Assembly (NCBI GenBank): GCA_041694995.1
Contig: JBGFRS010000049.1
Location: 38,001-102,000, forward strand
From: Pseudomonadota bacterium
Lineage (GTDB): Bacteria; Pseudomonadota; Alphaproteobacteria; Rhizobiales; UBA4765
DNA length: 64,000 nt
Direction: 5' to 3'
Shown in pieces: positions 21,383 to 31,771 of the stretch; the stretch's first letter is position 1; each line of letters opens with the position of its first letter. Under the pieces are notes generated by a model that was not told the DNA's origin, ran no database searches, and saw nothing but the letters and a program-made list of their open reading frames with translations. The position numbers and the translations under genes were made by a program.

Positions 21383-22214
21383 CGCGGCCGATGATGCCGC
21401 TCTCCTCGAAGCGGCGGTGCGAGAGGCCGGCGAAATCGCCCTCTCGTTCTTCCGGCGCAATCCGGCGCAATGGACAAAGGGCGCCACGTCCCCCGTGTCC
21501 GAGGCCGATCTTGCCATCGACGCGCATCTGCATGCGCGCCTCACGCAAGCGCGGCCCGAGTATGGGTGGCTGTCGGAGGAAACAGCCGACTCCTCCGACC
21601 GGCTGTCCCGGCGCCGGCTCTTCGTCATCGACCCGATCGACGGAACACGCGCCTTCCTCGCCGGGAAGGAGGAATGGATGGTCGCGCTCGCCGTCGTGAG
21701 CGACGGGCGGCCGGTCGCGGCGGCTCTCGTCGCCCCGGCGCTCGGCGACGTTTACATCGCCCATCGCGGTGGCGGCGCCTTGCGCAACGGCCACAGAATC
21801 CGGGCGAGCGAGGTTGGCGATCCAGCCGAAGCGCGCGCGGCAGGCGCAAAGGCGGACTTGCCGGTCCTTCTGCCTGTTTTCGCCGAGACTGTACCACGAG
21901 TGCCATCGCTCGCCCTGCGCATCACGCGCGTGGCGGACGGCACGCTCGACGCTGCGTTCGCCGCAGGAAACGCGCATGACTGGGACATCGCCGCGGCTGA
22001 TTTGCTCGTGATGGAGGCGGGCGGACGCCTGACCGACTTCACCGACAGCGTCCCGCGCTACAACACTCCGAGAGCACGCCACGGTGCGCTTTTCGCCGCC
22101 GGCGCCACCTTGCACACAGCCCTGCTCGCCAAGGTGCAGGCGCCTTCCCGGAAATCACGTGAGACAGGGTCACCCAACATCCCTATATCTCCCGGCGCGA
22201 GGAATGGAGCATGA
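21372..22214 (+). CDS. inositol monophosphatase / CysQ-type bisphosphate nucleotidase family protein
   Basis: GTG start overlaps the pmbA end. Motifs WLSEE, FVIDPIDGTRAF and WDIAAADLLVMEAGG. Confidence 0.82.
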   Translation: MGADAADDAALLEAAVREAGEIALSFFRRNPAQWTKGATSPVSEADLAIDAHLHARLTQARPEYGWLSEETADSSDRLSRRRLFVIDPIDGTRAFLAGKEEWMVALAVVSDGRPVAAALVAPALGDVYIAHRGGGALRNGHRIRASEVGDPAEARAAGAKADLPVLLPVFAETVPRVPSLALRITRVADGTLDAAFAAGNAHDWDIAAADLLVMEAGGRLTDFTDSVPRYNTPRARHGALFAAGATLHTALLAKVQAPSRKSRETGSPNIPISPGARNGA

Positions 22215-23263
22215 GGATGAAGCGCGTCGTTCTTGCAAGCTTGATGGCCGGCCTCGCCGTCGTCGGCTTCAACGACACGAAGGCACAGCCCGCGACCCCC
22301 GAGGTCCAGGTTCCCGCGCTCATAGGAAGCAGCGGTGTCGCACCCGCCGAGATCGCCGGGCTTCCCGCGGTTCGGGCGATACGAGAGACCTTTCCGGCAT
22401 GCCGTTCCTTCGACGCCGCGCACGTCATTCGCGTCAAGGTCGACCGTGGGCCCGATGCGACGCAGCGCGACGATGTCTTCGCGCTCGTGTCCGGCGACTG
22501 CCGGCGCGGACGCACGCAGTTCCTGTATCTTGGAATCGACCGCGGCGCCGATGAGCCGGAACCCGTGCTCGTTCAGCTGTTCGCGCAGGTCGCCTTCGAC
22601 GGGCTGGCGTACGATACCGCGACGCGGCGGCTGTTCGGACGCGTCGTCCGCCGCGATCGGCTCGAGGAGTTGCCGTGGCAGCGCTTCGCACGCGAGTATC
22701 TTCTGCGCCAACAGGCCCCTATCACCGACTATGTCGGCCTGATGTTGCCGCCGACCCCCGCCGGCCAGGTTCCGCCTGTGACGGCCATCGCGGCTCCGCC
22801 TCCGCCGCCCGATCCAGCGGTCGCCCTGCGTGAACGGCTCGAGAGCGAACTGCGGCCGCAGATCGAGGCCCAGCTGCGGGAGCGGCTCCGCACCGAGGTC
22901 CGCCAAGAGCTGTTTGCAGAAGTCCAGGCTCGCCTCGACCGGGCGCGCGAGATGGTCATGGGGCTCGAATCACAGCTCGCCGCCGAGCGACAGGCGCGCG
23001 AACGCTTGACGGCGGAACTCGCGACCCGCGACGCCGCCTTGCGACGCGCTGAGGCCCGGCGCGAGGAGGCGGAGCGCTATCTCGGCTTCGCGCGCACGAT
23101 CGAGACGGAACGCGCGGCGCGCGAGGCCGCGATGGCCTTGGCCAATGCGGCGCGTGCTGCAGCGGAGTCGGCGCGCGCCGAAGTGCAACGGCTCGAAGAG
23201 GAGTTGCGCCGTCGCGAGATCGAGACCGAAACGCGGACCGCGCCGCCCGCCACGAACCAATAG
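22211..23263 (+). CDS. secreted hypothetical protein: unknown globular domain, Pro-rich linker, Arg/Glu/Ala-rich coiled coil
   Basis: The start overlaps the upstream stop (ATGA). Signal peptide MRMKRVVLASLMAGLAVVGFNDTKA. Linker PPTPAGQVPPVTAIAAPPPPPDP. The C-terminal ~140 aa are heptad-like RE-rich. Confidence 0.65.
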   Translation: MRMKRVVLASLMAGLAVVGFNDTKAQPATPEVQVPALIGSSGVAPAEIAGLPAVRAIRETFPACRSFDAAHVIRVKVDRGPDATQRDDVFALVSGDCRRGRTQFLYLGIDRGADEPEPVLVQLFAQVAFDGLAYDTATRRLFGRVVRRDRLEELPWQRFAREYLLRQQAPITDYVGLMLPPTPAGQVPPVTAIAAPPPPPDPAVALRERLESELRPQIEAQLRERLRTEVRQELFAEVQARLDRAREMVMGLESQLAAERQARERLTAELATRDAALRRAEARREEAERYLGFARTIETERAAREAAMALANAARAAAESARAEVQRLEEELRRREIETETRTAPPATNQ

Positions 23264-23358
23264 CCGGCTGACGGGCCTCTCGAACCCGCCCTTGCCCGCC
23301 GAAAGGGCGCGGTGTAGGCGCTGCCATCGATCCGACAGCGAGACCGCCGGAAGCGCCC

Positions 23359-23601
23359 ATGACCGAACAGCCGAAGCAGCTATTGCACCTCGTTTTCGGA
23401 GGCGAACTGACACGCCTCGATGCCGTTGAGTTCAAGGATCTTTCGCGGCTTGACGTCGTCGGGATCTATCCGAACTACGCGACCGCCTATGCGGCCTGGA
23501 AGGCCAAGGCGCAGTCCACCGTCGACAACGCCCAGATGCGCTACTTCATCGTGCATCTGCACCGCTTGCTCGATCCCGACGTCGAGAGCGGCAAGCGCTG
23601 A
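23359..23601 (+). CDS. DUF4170 domain protein
   Basis: 80 aa. Contains LLHLVFGGEL and NAQMRYFIVHLHRLLDP. Confidence 0.7.
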   Translation: MTEQPKQLLHLVFGGELTRLDAVEFKDLSRLDVVGIYPNYATAYAAWKAKAQSTVDNAQMRYFIVHLHRLLDPDVESGKR

Positions 23602-23610
23602 CGCGCCGCG

Positions 23611-24312
23611 ATGGTAAAAGCGATCCTGCGGCACCCACGCGCGCAATGGCTTCTTGGCCATGCTGCAGCTCTTTACCTTCGCCTCGTGCGCGCAACCTCC
23701 ACGATCACCATCGATCCGCCGGACGCCTACGAGCGCGTCGGGCCTGAGTTACCGGTCATCATCGCCATGTGGCATGGCGAGCACTTCATGGTGCCGTTCG
23801 CCAAGCGGGCGCAAGACCGTGTCAGGGTCCTGATCTCGCTGCATCGCGACGGCGAGATCAACGCCGTTGCGGCCGAGGCCTTCGGGGTTCCCGCAATTCG
23901 CGGATCGGGAAGCCATGGTCTGCAAAGCACGGATAAACGCGGTGCTGCCGCCTTCTTGGAAATGATGCGCAGCTTGGGGGACGGTTGGACGGTCGCTTCG
24001 ACGGCCGACGTGCCGAAGGTCTCACGCGTCGCGGGAATGGGCATTGTCAAGCTCGCGCTGAAATCAGGGCGCGCGATCTATCCGGTCGCGGTCGTGTCGA
24101 GCCGTCGCATGGTCATGGAGCGATCCTGGGACAAGTCGAAGGTGCCGCTGCCCTTCGGCCGCATCGTCATGTGTCTTGGTCAAGTCATCCGTGTGGCACC
24201 GAATGCCGATGACGCTGCCCTGCAGGCTGCGCGGAGCGCGGTTCAAGCTTCGCTGAATGCCGCGACCGAACGCGCTTACGCTCTCGCCGATCGAAAAGAG
24301 AGCCCGCAATGA
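23611..24312 (+). CDS. DUF374 / lysophospholipid acyltransferase-like protein
   Basis: 233 aa. Contains VIIAMWHGEHFMVPF. Immediately upstream of, and overlapping, waaA. Confidence 0.7.
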   Translation: MVKAILRHPRAQWLLGHAAALYLRLVRATSTITIDPPDAYERVGPELPVIIAMWHGEHFMVPFAKRAQDRVRVLISLHRDGEINAVAAEAFGVPAIRGSGSHGLQSTDKRGAAAFLEMMRSLGDGWTVASTADVPKVSRVAGMGIVKLALKSGRAIYPVAVVSSRRMVMERSWDKSKVPLPFGRIVMCLGQVIRVAPNADDAALQAARSAVQASLNAATERAYALADRKESPQ

Positions 24313-25598
24313 CGGCGAGCGCGCCCACATTCGTCTTGCGCGCCTACGCCGCCCTCGCCCACGCGCTGGAGCCAGCGGCGGGGATGTTTCTTGCGCGGCG
24401 CGTCAAAGCGGGGAAGGAAGATGTCGCGCGCCTCGACGAGCGTCGCGGCATTGCCTCACGGCCGCGACCTGCCGGCACGCTCGTCTGGTTGCATGCCGCA
24501 AGCGTCGGCGAGACGATCGCGGTTCTTCCGATCGCGCAACGTCTCGCCGAGGCGGGGCGAACCGTGCTCTTGACGACCGTGACGGTCACGGGGGCCAAAC
24601 TCGCCGCGGAGCGCTTGCCGCCCGGTGCCGTGCATCAGTTCGTCCCGCTGGATCTTCCGCGCGCGGTCGATCGGTTTCTCGACCATTGGCGGCCGGACCT
24701 CGCCGTCCTTGCCGAACAGGAATTGTGGCCGAACGCCATCGCCGCGATTGCCGCGCGGCAGGTGCCGCTCGCGCTCGTCAATGCGCGCCTGTCCCCCCGC
24801 TCCTATGCCCGCTGGTCGCAGCTCAGAGGGACGGCACGGGCGTTGCTCTCCTCTTTCGACCTCGTCCTCACGAAAAGCGATGCGGATGCAGAGCGGTTTC
24901 GATCGCTCGGCGCACAGCGCGTCGAGCACCCGGGCGACATCAAATACGATGCGCCGGCGCCGAAGGCGGAGCTGGAGCAGCTTCGCCAGCTCCGCGACGC
25001 CCTGGCCAACCGGCCACGATGGGTCGCCGCCTCCACGCAGCCAGGCGAAGAGGAATTCGTGCTCGCGGCCGACGCGGCCATTCGCGCCACTTGCCCTGAC
25101 GTGGTGTTGCTTCTCGCGCCGCGTCATCCGCCGCGCGGGAACGCGGTGGAAGCTCTGTTCGGACAGCGCGGCCTCACCGTGGCGCGGCGCTCGCGCGGCG
25201 AGCTGCCGAGCGCCACGACCCAGGTGTTCCTGCTCGACACCATCGGTGAACTCGGTCTCCTCTACGAAGCGACGACCTTCGCCTTCCTCGGCGGCTCCCT
25301 GGTGCGCCACGGCGGCCAAAACCCGATCGAACCGGCCAAGCTCGGCGTCGCCGTTCTGCACGGGCCGAACGTTCACAACTTCGTCGAGGTCTATGCCGCC
25401 CTCGATGCGGCTGGCGGCGGCCAATTGACAAACGATGCCGCTGCGCTCGGGCGCGAGGCAGCGCGTCTGCTCGATAACCCCGCCGCAGCGCGCGCGATGG
25501 GCGCGCGCGCCAAATCCTGCGTCGATGCCCTGGGCGGCGGGCTTGACCGCACGGTGGCCGCGCTCGAAGCCCTGATCGCATGCGCGAGGGCACCGTGA
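24309..25598 (+). CDS. waaA: 3-deoxy-D-manno-octulosonic acid (Kdo) transferase
   Basis: 429 aa. Contains LVWLHAASVGETIAVLPI and FLGGSLVRHGGQNPIEPAKLG. Confidence 0.9.
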   Translation: MTASAPTFVLRAYAALAHALEPAAGMFLARRVKAGKEDVARLDERRGIASRPRPAGTLVWLHAASVGETIAVLPIAQRLAEAGRTVLLTTVTVTGAKLAAERLPPGAVHQFVPLDLPRAVDRFLDHWRPDLAVLAEQELWPNAIAAIAARQVPLALVNARLSPRSYARWSQLRGTARALLSSFDLVLTKSDADAERFRSLGAQRVEHPGDIKYDAPAPKAELEQLRQLRDALANRPRWVAASTQPGEEEFVLAADAAIRATCPDVVLLLAPRHPPRGNAVEALFGQRGLTVARRSRGELPSATTQVFLLDTIGELGLLYEATTFAFLGGSLVRHGGQNPIEPAKLGVAVLHGPNVHNFVEVYAALDAAGGGQLTNDAAALGREAARLLDNPAAARAMGARAKSCVDALGGGLDRTVAALEALIACARAP

Positions 25599-26611
25599 AG
25601 GCGCCGTCCTTCTGGTCGCAGCCGATCGGCGCGCCCGCTCTCGTGCTTGCTCCGCTTGGCGTCATCTATGGCCTCGTGACCGCCGCGCGCATGCGCCTGA
25701 TGCCGGGCAAGCGCGTCGATGTGCCGGTTCTCTGCGTCGGCAACTTCACCCTGGGCGGGTCCGGCAAGACGCCGACGGTGATCGCGCTCATCGACCTCCT
25801 GAGGTCGCGCGGCGAGAGGCCCTTCGTGCTGTCGCGGGGGCACGGCGGAACGGTCGCAGGGCCGCATCTCGTCGATCTCAAGCGGGACACGGCCGCGCAA
25901 GTCGGCGACGAAGCGATGCTGCTTGCGGTCCACGCGCCCGTCGTCGTCGGAGCCGACCGCGCGGCGGGCGCGGAGCACGCCCGCCGGTTCGGCGCAAGCG
26001 TCCTCCTCATGGACGACGGCCTGCAGAATCCCTCGCTCACCAAGGACCTGCGCATGGCCGTGATTGACGGGACCGCAGGCTTCGGCAACGGGCTCGTCTT
26101 TCCTGCAGGCCCGTTGCGTGCCCAAATCAGCCTGCAGCGTGGCGCCGTCGATGCGGTCCTGGTCGTCGGTGCGGGCGGCGCCGGCACGCGCATCGCGGAC
26201 CAGATGCGGCTGCGACGCCTTCCCGTCATCACCGCACGACTCGTTCCATCAACGGCCTCGCGCGCTCTGGCAGGGATGAAGGCGCTCGCCTTCTGCGGCA
26301 TCGGCGCGCCACGCAAGTTCCGCCACACGCTCGAGGAGATCGGAGTCATCGTGAAGGATTTCGTCACGTTCCCCGATCATCACGTCTACACCCGCACCGA
26401 GGCGGAGCATCTCGTCCGGCGTGCGGCGGCGAGCGGCCTTGCTATGCTCACGACGCGAAAGGACCATGTGCGCCTGCTGGCCTCCGCCGATACGCACGGC
26501 CTGCTGGCCGGCACCGTCAACGTCGTCGACGTGCAACTCGTGTTCGACGAGCCTTCGATCCTGGACGAACTTATCGGGCGAACGCTTCAGCGCTTCCGGA
26601 ATTCGAGATAG
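25580..26611 (+). CDS. lpxK: tetraacyldisaccharide 4'-kinase
   Basis: Contains KAPSFW and the P-loop CVGNFTLGGSGKTP. Overlaps the waaA end. Confidence 0.9.
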   Translation: MREGTVKAPSFWSQPIGAPALVLAPLGVIYGLVTAARMRLMPGKRVDVPVLCVGNFTLGGSGKTPTVIALIDLLRSRGERPFVLSRGHGGTVAGPHLVDLKRDTAAQVGDEAMLLAVHAPVVVGADRAAGAEHARRFGASVLLMDDGLQNPSLTKDLRMAVIDGTAGFGNGLVFPAGPLRAQISLQRGAVDAVLVVGAGGAGTRIADQMRLRRLPVITARLVPSTASRALAGMKALAFCGIGAPRKFRHTLEEIGVIVKDFVTFPDHHVYTRTEAEHLVRRAAASGLAMLTTRKDHVRLLASADTHGLLAGTVNVVDVQLVFDEPSILDELIGRTLQRFRNSR

Positions 26612-26808
26612 CGGCGCAACGACACCTCGGCCGAGGCATAGGCTTCCTGCCGCGCGACCGACCAGTAGCGAAGGTCCTCGAGAGCCACGGGCGCACCGGT
26701 CACCGCGCACCGAACGAAAGCGCCAGGCTTGACGACGCGGAAGTCGCTGTCCAGGAATTCGATCACCGCTTCCCCCGACATCGGGGCGGCGCGCTCGTGG
26801 CGATTCAT
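26587..26808 (-). CDS. DUF2093 domain protein
   Basis: Internal Met of track ORF 26587-26889. Contains EAVIEFLDSDFRVVKPGAFVRCAVTG. Its 3' end overlaps the lpxK 3' end by 25 nt. Confidence 0.6.
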   Translation of the reverse strand: MNRHERAAPMSGEAVIEFLDSDFRVVKPGAFVRCAVTGAPVALEDLRYWSVARQEAYASAEVSLRRYLEFRKR

Positions 26809-26901
26809 CGTCTTGAAGCCCTGCAGGAAACCACGCGGCAACATAGCTGCGCTACGGCTCAGGCAGAAGCCCCGATTGAAGACGTCCACCGTGGAGAACG
26901 C

Positions 26902-27714
26902 ATGCGCATCGGCCTTGGCCTAGCGATCGCGCTCGCCCTTCTGCTCAGTGCCGCCGAGGCGCAAGAGAGCATCACCTACGCCTCGGCGGATGGTACGCCC
27001 GTGCGTGCCCGCCTGTTCTTGCCGAGCGGCGCCGGCCCCTTCCCGGCGATCGTCGCACTGCATGGCTGCGGCGGCCCGAACGATTCACGGGGCGGCCTCT
27101 CACGGCGCCATCGGGACTGGGCGGAGCGCTGGGTCGGCCAAGGCTACGCGGTGCTGTTCCCCGACAGCTTCGGGTCGCGCGGCTTCGGCTCGCTGTGCAA
27201 CACCCGCGACCGCGAAGTGCGGCCCGGTCGCGAGCGCGCCGCCGACGTTGCCGGGGCCAGGACCTATTTGCAGGCAAGGCGCGACATTCGCGCCGACGCC
27301 ATTTCGCTCGTCGGCTGGTCGAACGGCGGCTCGACAGTCCTCCACGCGATCCGGCCCGAGGCGCGCGCCAATGACGGGCGGCCCGACTTTGCGCGCGCCG
27401 TGGCCTTCTATCCTGGCTGCCGGCTGCCGGCGCAGCGGGGTGCAACCGCGCGCCTGCCGCTGCTGCTGCTCATCGGCGAAGCGGACAATTGGACGCCGCC
27501 CGAACCCTGCCGCGCCTACGCGGCGCAGGCGGGGCGCGTGCAACTCGTGACCTATCCAAGCGCCGTGCACGGCTTCGATGATCCGGCCTCGCGCTTGCGC
27601 GAACGATCGGGCCTGGGCTTCACCGCGGATGGATCGGGTCGCGCCAGGGTCGGGACCGACCCCCAGGCGCGGGCGGACGCCATCGGGCGCGTTACGGCGT
27701 TTCTCGGGAACTGA
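26902..27714 (+). CDS. dienelactone hydrolase family protein (secreted)
   Basis: ATG 26902 gives signal peptide MRIGLGLAIALALLLSAAEA. Contains PAIVALHGCGG and the nucleophile elbow GWSNGG. Confidence 0.78.
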   Translation: MRIGLGLAIALALLLSAAEAQESITYASADGTPVRARLFLPSGAGPFPAIVALHGCGGPNDSRGGLSRRHRDWAERWVGQGYAVLFPDSFGSRGFGSLCNTRDREVRPGRERAADVAGARTYLQARRDIRADAISLVGWSNGGSTVLHAIRPEARANDGRPDFARAVAFYPGCRLPAQRGATARLPLLLLIGEADNWTPPEPCRAYAAQAGRVQLVTYPSAVHGFDDPASRLRERSGLGFTADGSGRARVGTDPQARADAIGRVTAFLGN

Positions 27715-28936
27715 CCTGAGCGACGAGCCGGGCGAGCAATGCCATCGCCGCAAGCGCCGCAAGCGCCCCTATCCCACCAACAGCGAGCGCCGTCCACGGA
27801 CCGGCGCGATCGATGACCGCGGCGAACAGGATCGGCGAGGCCGCGAAGACGAGGTTCTGTGCCGCCATAAGCTTGCCGAGACGGGCGCCGTAGCCGTCCT
27901 TGCCGAAGAGCCACAGCGGCAACGTCGCGCGCACGATTGTCATCAGCCCGCTCGCCATCGAGTAGAACACCATGAAGAGAACGGCCGTGAGGGACGAAGC
28001 GCCGCCCAAGAAGAACGCGGCGAAGGCGAGCGGCAGCATGGCACCCGACATGAGACCGAGCGCAATGGGCGGGTGCCGCCCTCCGAGCAGGAATTCCGCA
28101 CCGCGCGCGGTGACCTGAAGGATGCCGTTCAAGGCTGCGATGGTGACGGCAACCGCCGCTCCGAGCCCCAGAAGCTGGAAGACCTCGATGAAGTGCAGCG
28201 CCAGACCCCACCCGACGACTCCGTGGGCGGACAATGCGAGGGCGAGCAAGACGAAGGCGCGCTGACGTTCGCCGACCGGGAGGATGCCCGCCGTCGCCGG
28301 TTCGGGCGCGTCATTCGCCACGCGGGAGCGATGCGTCGAGCGCGTGGGCAGCACCAAGAGATGGATCGGCAGGGCCACGAAGATGTTGAGCGCCGCGAAC
28401 ATCACGAGCGTCTCGCGCCACCCGAATTGCGCTTCGAGAACCGTCGTCAGCGGCCAGAACACCGTCGAGGCCAGACCGGAGAAGAAGGTGAGCGCCGTGA
28501 TCGCCCGTCGGGCCTTGGCACCGGCAACCTGAGACAGCGCCGTGAACGCCGCATTGCCGAGCGCGGTCGGCAAGGCGAGACCCACGAGAATCCAACCGAT
28601 CCCGTAGGTAAGCGCATTGCTCGCCTGCGAAAGCAGGATGAGCGCCGAGGTCGCCACGAGCGAGCCAACCGCCATGACGGCGCGCGGACCGTTCCGGTCC
28701 AGCCTCTTGCCGACGCGCGGCGCGATCGCGGCTCCCGCCAGCAACATGATGCCGATACCGGCGAAGATCGCCTCTTTCGGCAGGGCGAGGTCGGTTCCCA
28801 TGGCGCGCCCGATGACGGCAATGGGATAGAACAGGGTTCCCCACCCGATGAGCTGCGTGACCGCGAGGCCCGCAATCATCGTACGGCGCTCGCGGTTCAG
28901 GTCGGATACGGCAGTATAGGCTGGAAGGGCAGTCAC
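27692..28936 (-). CDS. MFS transporter
   Basis: 414-aa multi-TM ORF containing GAAIAPRVGKRLDRNGPR. Its 3' end overlaps the previous gene by 23 nt. Confidence 0.8.
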   Translation of the reverse strand: MTALPAYTAVSDLNRERRTMIAGLAVTQLIGWGTLFYPIAVIGRAMGTDLALPKEAIFAGIGIMLLAGAAIAPRVGKRLDRNGPRAVMAVGSLVATSALILLSQASNALTYGIGWILVGLALPTALGNAAFTALSQVAGAKARRAITALTFFSGLASTVFWPLTTVLEAQFGWRETLVMFAALNIFVALPIHLLVLPTRSTHRSRVANDAPEPATAGILPVGERQRAFVLLALALSAHGVVGWGLALHFIEVFQLLGLGAAVAVTIAALNGILQVTARGAEFLLGGRHPPIALGLMSGAMLPLAFAAFFLGGASSLTAVLFMVFYSMASGLMTIVRATLPLWLFGKDGYGARLGKLMAAQNLVFAASPILFAAVIDRAGPWTALAVGGIGALAALAAMALLARLVAQVSSRETP

Positions 28937-29104
28937 GGCATCGACAACGAGCGGCTAGGGTGGCAACATGCCGCAGGGTTGACCAAAGGACATCCCCGTT
29001 GCCGCACGCATCCGCTATGCGTTCGAAGATCATCGATGGCGGCGCACCCTGGCGCTTAGCCGGAACGGCCCTATGTGGGTCGAAACCAATGCAGATGGAA
29101 CAGC

Positions 29105-30298
29105 ATGGCAGAAGCACACGGCAGCAACAAACCGAACCCGATCATGGCCAGTTTGTTCCTGCTCGCCGTGACCGTCGCCGCCTTGATCGTGGCGAATTCG
29201 GGATGGGCGGACCTCTACAAGTCGATTCTGGCCACACCCATTGCCTTCGGCAGCGGGTTCCTGGCGCTCGACTGGATCGTGAAGGACTGGATCAAGAACG
29301 CCCTGATGGCGATCTTCTTCGTGCTTATCGGGCTCGAGATCAAGGCTGAGTTCAAGGAAGGCGCGCTGTCGGACCCCCATCGTGCGGTCCTGCCCTTCGT
29401 TGGGGCTGCCGGGGGCATGGCCTTGCCCGCGGCGGTCTATCTCTTCATCACCGCAGGCGCGGCCGCCTATTTCGCGGGATGGGCGATCCCCGCCGCGACC
29501 GACATTGCCTTCGCCGTCGGCGTTGTTGGTCTGCTCGGTCAGAAGCGCGTGCCGGCCGAGCTGAAGGCCTTTCTACTCGCCGTCGCGGTGATCGACGATC
29601 TCGGCGCCATTCTCATCATCGCAATGTTCTATACGGCCGGCCTCGACGTCGGCATGCTCGCGGCGAGCGCGCTGTGCTGCCTCGCCCTGCTCGCGATCAA
29701 TCTGCGCGGTGTGACGCGGCTCTGGCCCTACCTCGTCGTCGGTTTCGTCCTCTGGTTCGTATTGGGCAAGTCCGGTGTCAATCCGACACTCGCCGGCGTG
29801 ATCACAGCAATCGCCGTGCCGCTCAAGGCGACCGACGGATCAAGCCCGCTCTACCGCTTCGCCGACAAACTGCAATGGCCCGTGGTGATGGGCATCATGC
29901 CGCTCTTCGCCTTCGCGAATGCCGGCGTGTCGCTCGCCGGCGTCGATCTCGCAAGACTCATGCACCCGGTCACCATGGGGATCGCCTTCGGACTGCTGAT
30001 CGGCAAACCAGTCGGCATCACCTTGTTCGTCTGGCTGGCCGTGAGGCTCGGTGCCGCGCGCTTGCCGAGGGGCTGCACCTGGATGCAGATCATCGGCGTC
30101 GGCTTCATCGCCGGCATCGGCTTCACAATGAGCCTCTTCATCGGTGCGCTCGCCTTTGGCGACGGGCCAATTCAGGATCAGGTCCGGCTTGGCGTCCTTT
30201 CGGGCTCGCTGATGGCGACGATCTGCGGCGCGATCGTCTTGTCCATCGCTGCCAAGACCCGCGCTTCGGCGGAGGCTGCCCGACAAAGCCCCGCTTGA
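29105..30298 (+). CDS. nhaA: Na+/H+ antiporter NhaA
   Basis: ATG 29105 in track ORF 29075-30298. Contains IKNALMAIFFVLIGLEIK, WAIPAATDIAF and AVAVIDDLGAI. Confidence 0.9.
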   Translation: MAEAHGSNKPNPIMASLFLLAVTVAALIVANSGWADLYKSILATPIAFGSGFLALDWIVKDWIKNALMAIFFVLIGLEIKAEFKEGALSDPHRAVLPFVGAAGGMALPAAVYLFITAGAAAYFAGWAIPAATDIAFAVGVVGLLGQKRVPAELKAFLLAVAVIDDLGAILIIAMFYTAGLDVGMLAASALCCLALLAINLRGVTRLWPYLVVGFVLWFVLGKSGVNPTLAGVITAIAVPLKATDGSSPLYRFADKLQWPVVMGIMPLFAFANAGVSLAGVDLARLMHPVTMGIAFGLLIGKPVGITLFVWLAVRLGAARLPRGCTWMQIIGVGFIAGIGFTMSLFIGALAFGDGPIQDQVRLGVLSGSLMATICGAIVLSIAAKTRASAEAARQSPA

Positions 30299-30301
30299 GG
30301 C

Positions 30302-31771
30302 TCAGTCGAACAGGTCGTGCTGGCCGCGGCGCGATCGAGGTGGCTTCACCTTCGCGCCGTCAGTTGTCGCGCGCACGCGCCCATCGGCAAACTCGATCTC
30401 GATGCGGCTCCCCGGCGGGGTCGACGCCGCCGAGCTGATCGCGGCTCCGTCAGCGGAGCGGACCAGTGCGAAACCGCGCCCGAGCACGCTGCGATAGCTG
30501 AGGCTGTCAAGCAGGCTCGTTGCCTGCCTGAGCCGCGCGCTATGCCGCTCGGTTGCGGCGATGAACCCGCGCGCCGCGCGTGCGACCAGCGCTGCAAAGC
30601 GTTCGCGGTGCCGCGCCATCGGGCGTTCGAGCAATCCGGGCGCAATGCGCATGGCGATCAGGCGAAAGCGCTCTCGCTTGAGCGCCACACGCGCAATCAC
30701 CGCCGCAGGCGCGATGCGCCCTGCGACGCGCGCAAAGGCGACGCCCTTGGCGCGGACCTCGGCAACAAGCGCGCGCGGCAAGCGGCCGCTCGCTGCATCG
30801 AATCTCTGCCGCGGCAGAGCCAAGAGCGATTCGGCGCGGGGGAGGCTGCGAGCAGCGCCGGCGAACTCGCGCCGACGCTGGTCGAGCGTGCGTGTGGCCG
30901 CCCGACGCAACCGCGCACCGAGATCGTCCACGACGGCGAGCAGATCGACACGCACCGCTACGACCAGTTCGGCGGCCGCCGTCGGCGTCGGCGCACGAAC
31001 ATCCGCCGCGAAATCGATAAGCGTCGTATCCGTCTCATGGCCGACGGCCGACACGAGCGGGATCGTGCAAGCGGCCGCTGCGCGCACGACGATCTCCTCG
31101 TTGAACGACCACAGATCTTCGAGGCTGCCGCCACCGCGCGCGACGATGAGCACATCCGGGCGCGGGATCGGCCCATTTTCCGGCAACGCATCGAAACCGG
31201 CGATGGCAGCGGCGATCTCGGCCGCACTCGTCTCGCCCTGAACGCGCACAGGCCACACGATCACATGCAGCGGAAAGCGATCGGCCAGCCGGTGCAGAAT
31301 GTCGCGAATGACGGCGCCGGTCGGCGACGTCACGACACCGATGACGCGCGGGAATTCCGGCAGGAGCTGCTTGCGCGCCGGATCGAACAGACCTTCGGCC
31401 AAGAGCTTCTTGCGCCGCTCCTCGATAAGCAGCATGAGCGCGCCAGCGCCCGCGGGCTCGATCTGGTCGATGACAATCTGGTACTTCGACGATCCGGGGT
31501 AGGTCGTGAGCTTCCCGGTCGCGACGACTTCCAGCCCCTCCTCCGGCTTGAAGCGCAAGCGGGCAAAGACGCCGCGCCACACGACGGCGTCGATCTTCGC
31601 GCCCTCGTCCTTCAAGGCGAAATACGCGTGGCCGGACGAATGCGGGCCACGGTAACCGGAGATCTCGCCGCGCACGCGCACATAGCCGTAAGCGTCCTCG
31701 ATCCGCCGCTTCAGGTCGAAGGCAAGTTCCGAAACGGTGAACTCGGGGACATTGGGGGCGGCTTCGGACAG
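30302..31771 (-). CDS. xseA: exodeoxyribonuclease VII large subunit (probable non-canonical CTG start)
   Basis: The track ORF starts at GTG 31681 ([25 protein letters not shown]), but the conserved OB-fold continues upstream in frame: [29 protein letters not shown]. The only start-like codon there is CTG 31771, 6 nt after AAGGGAGGA. An in-frame TAG lies 10 codons upstream. Confidence 0.85.
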   Translation of the reverse strand: MSEAAPNVPEFTVSELAFDLKRRIEDAYGYVRVRGEISGYRGPHSSGHAYFALKDEGAKIDAVVWRGVFARLRFKPEEGLEVVATGKLTTYPGSSKYQIVIDQIEPAGAGALMLLIEERRKKLLAEGLFDPARKQLLPEFPRVIGVVTSPTGAVIRDILHRLADRFPLHVIVWPVRVQGETSAAEIAAAIAGFDALPENGPIPRPDVLIVARGGGSLEDLWSFNEEIVVRAAAACTIPLVSAVGHETDTTLIDFAADVRAPTPTAAAELVVAVRVDLLAVVDDLGARLRRAATRTLDQRRREFAGAARSLPRAESLLALPRQRFDAASGRLPRALVAEVRAKGVAFARVAGRIAPAAVIARVALKRERFRLIAMRIAPGLLERPMARHRERFAALVARAARGFIAATERHSARLRQATSLLDSLSYRSVLGRGFALVRSADGAAISSAASTPPGSRIEIEFADGRVRATTDGAKVKPPRSRRGQHDLFD

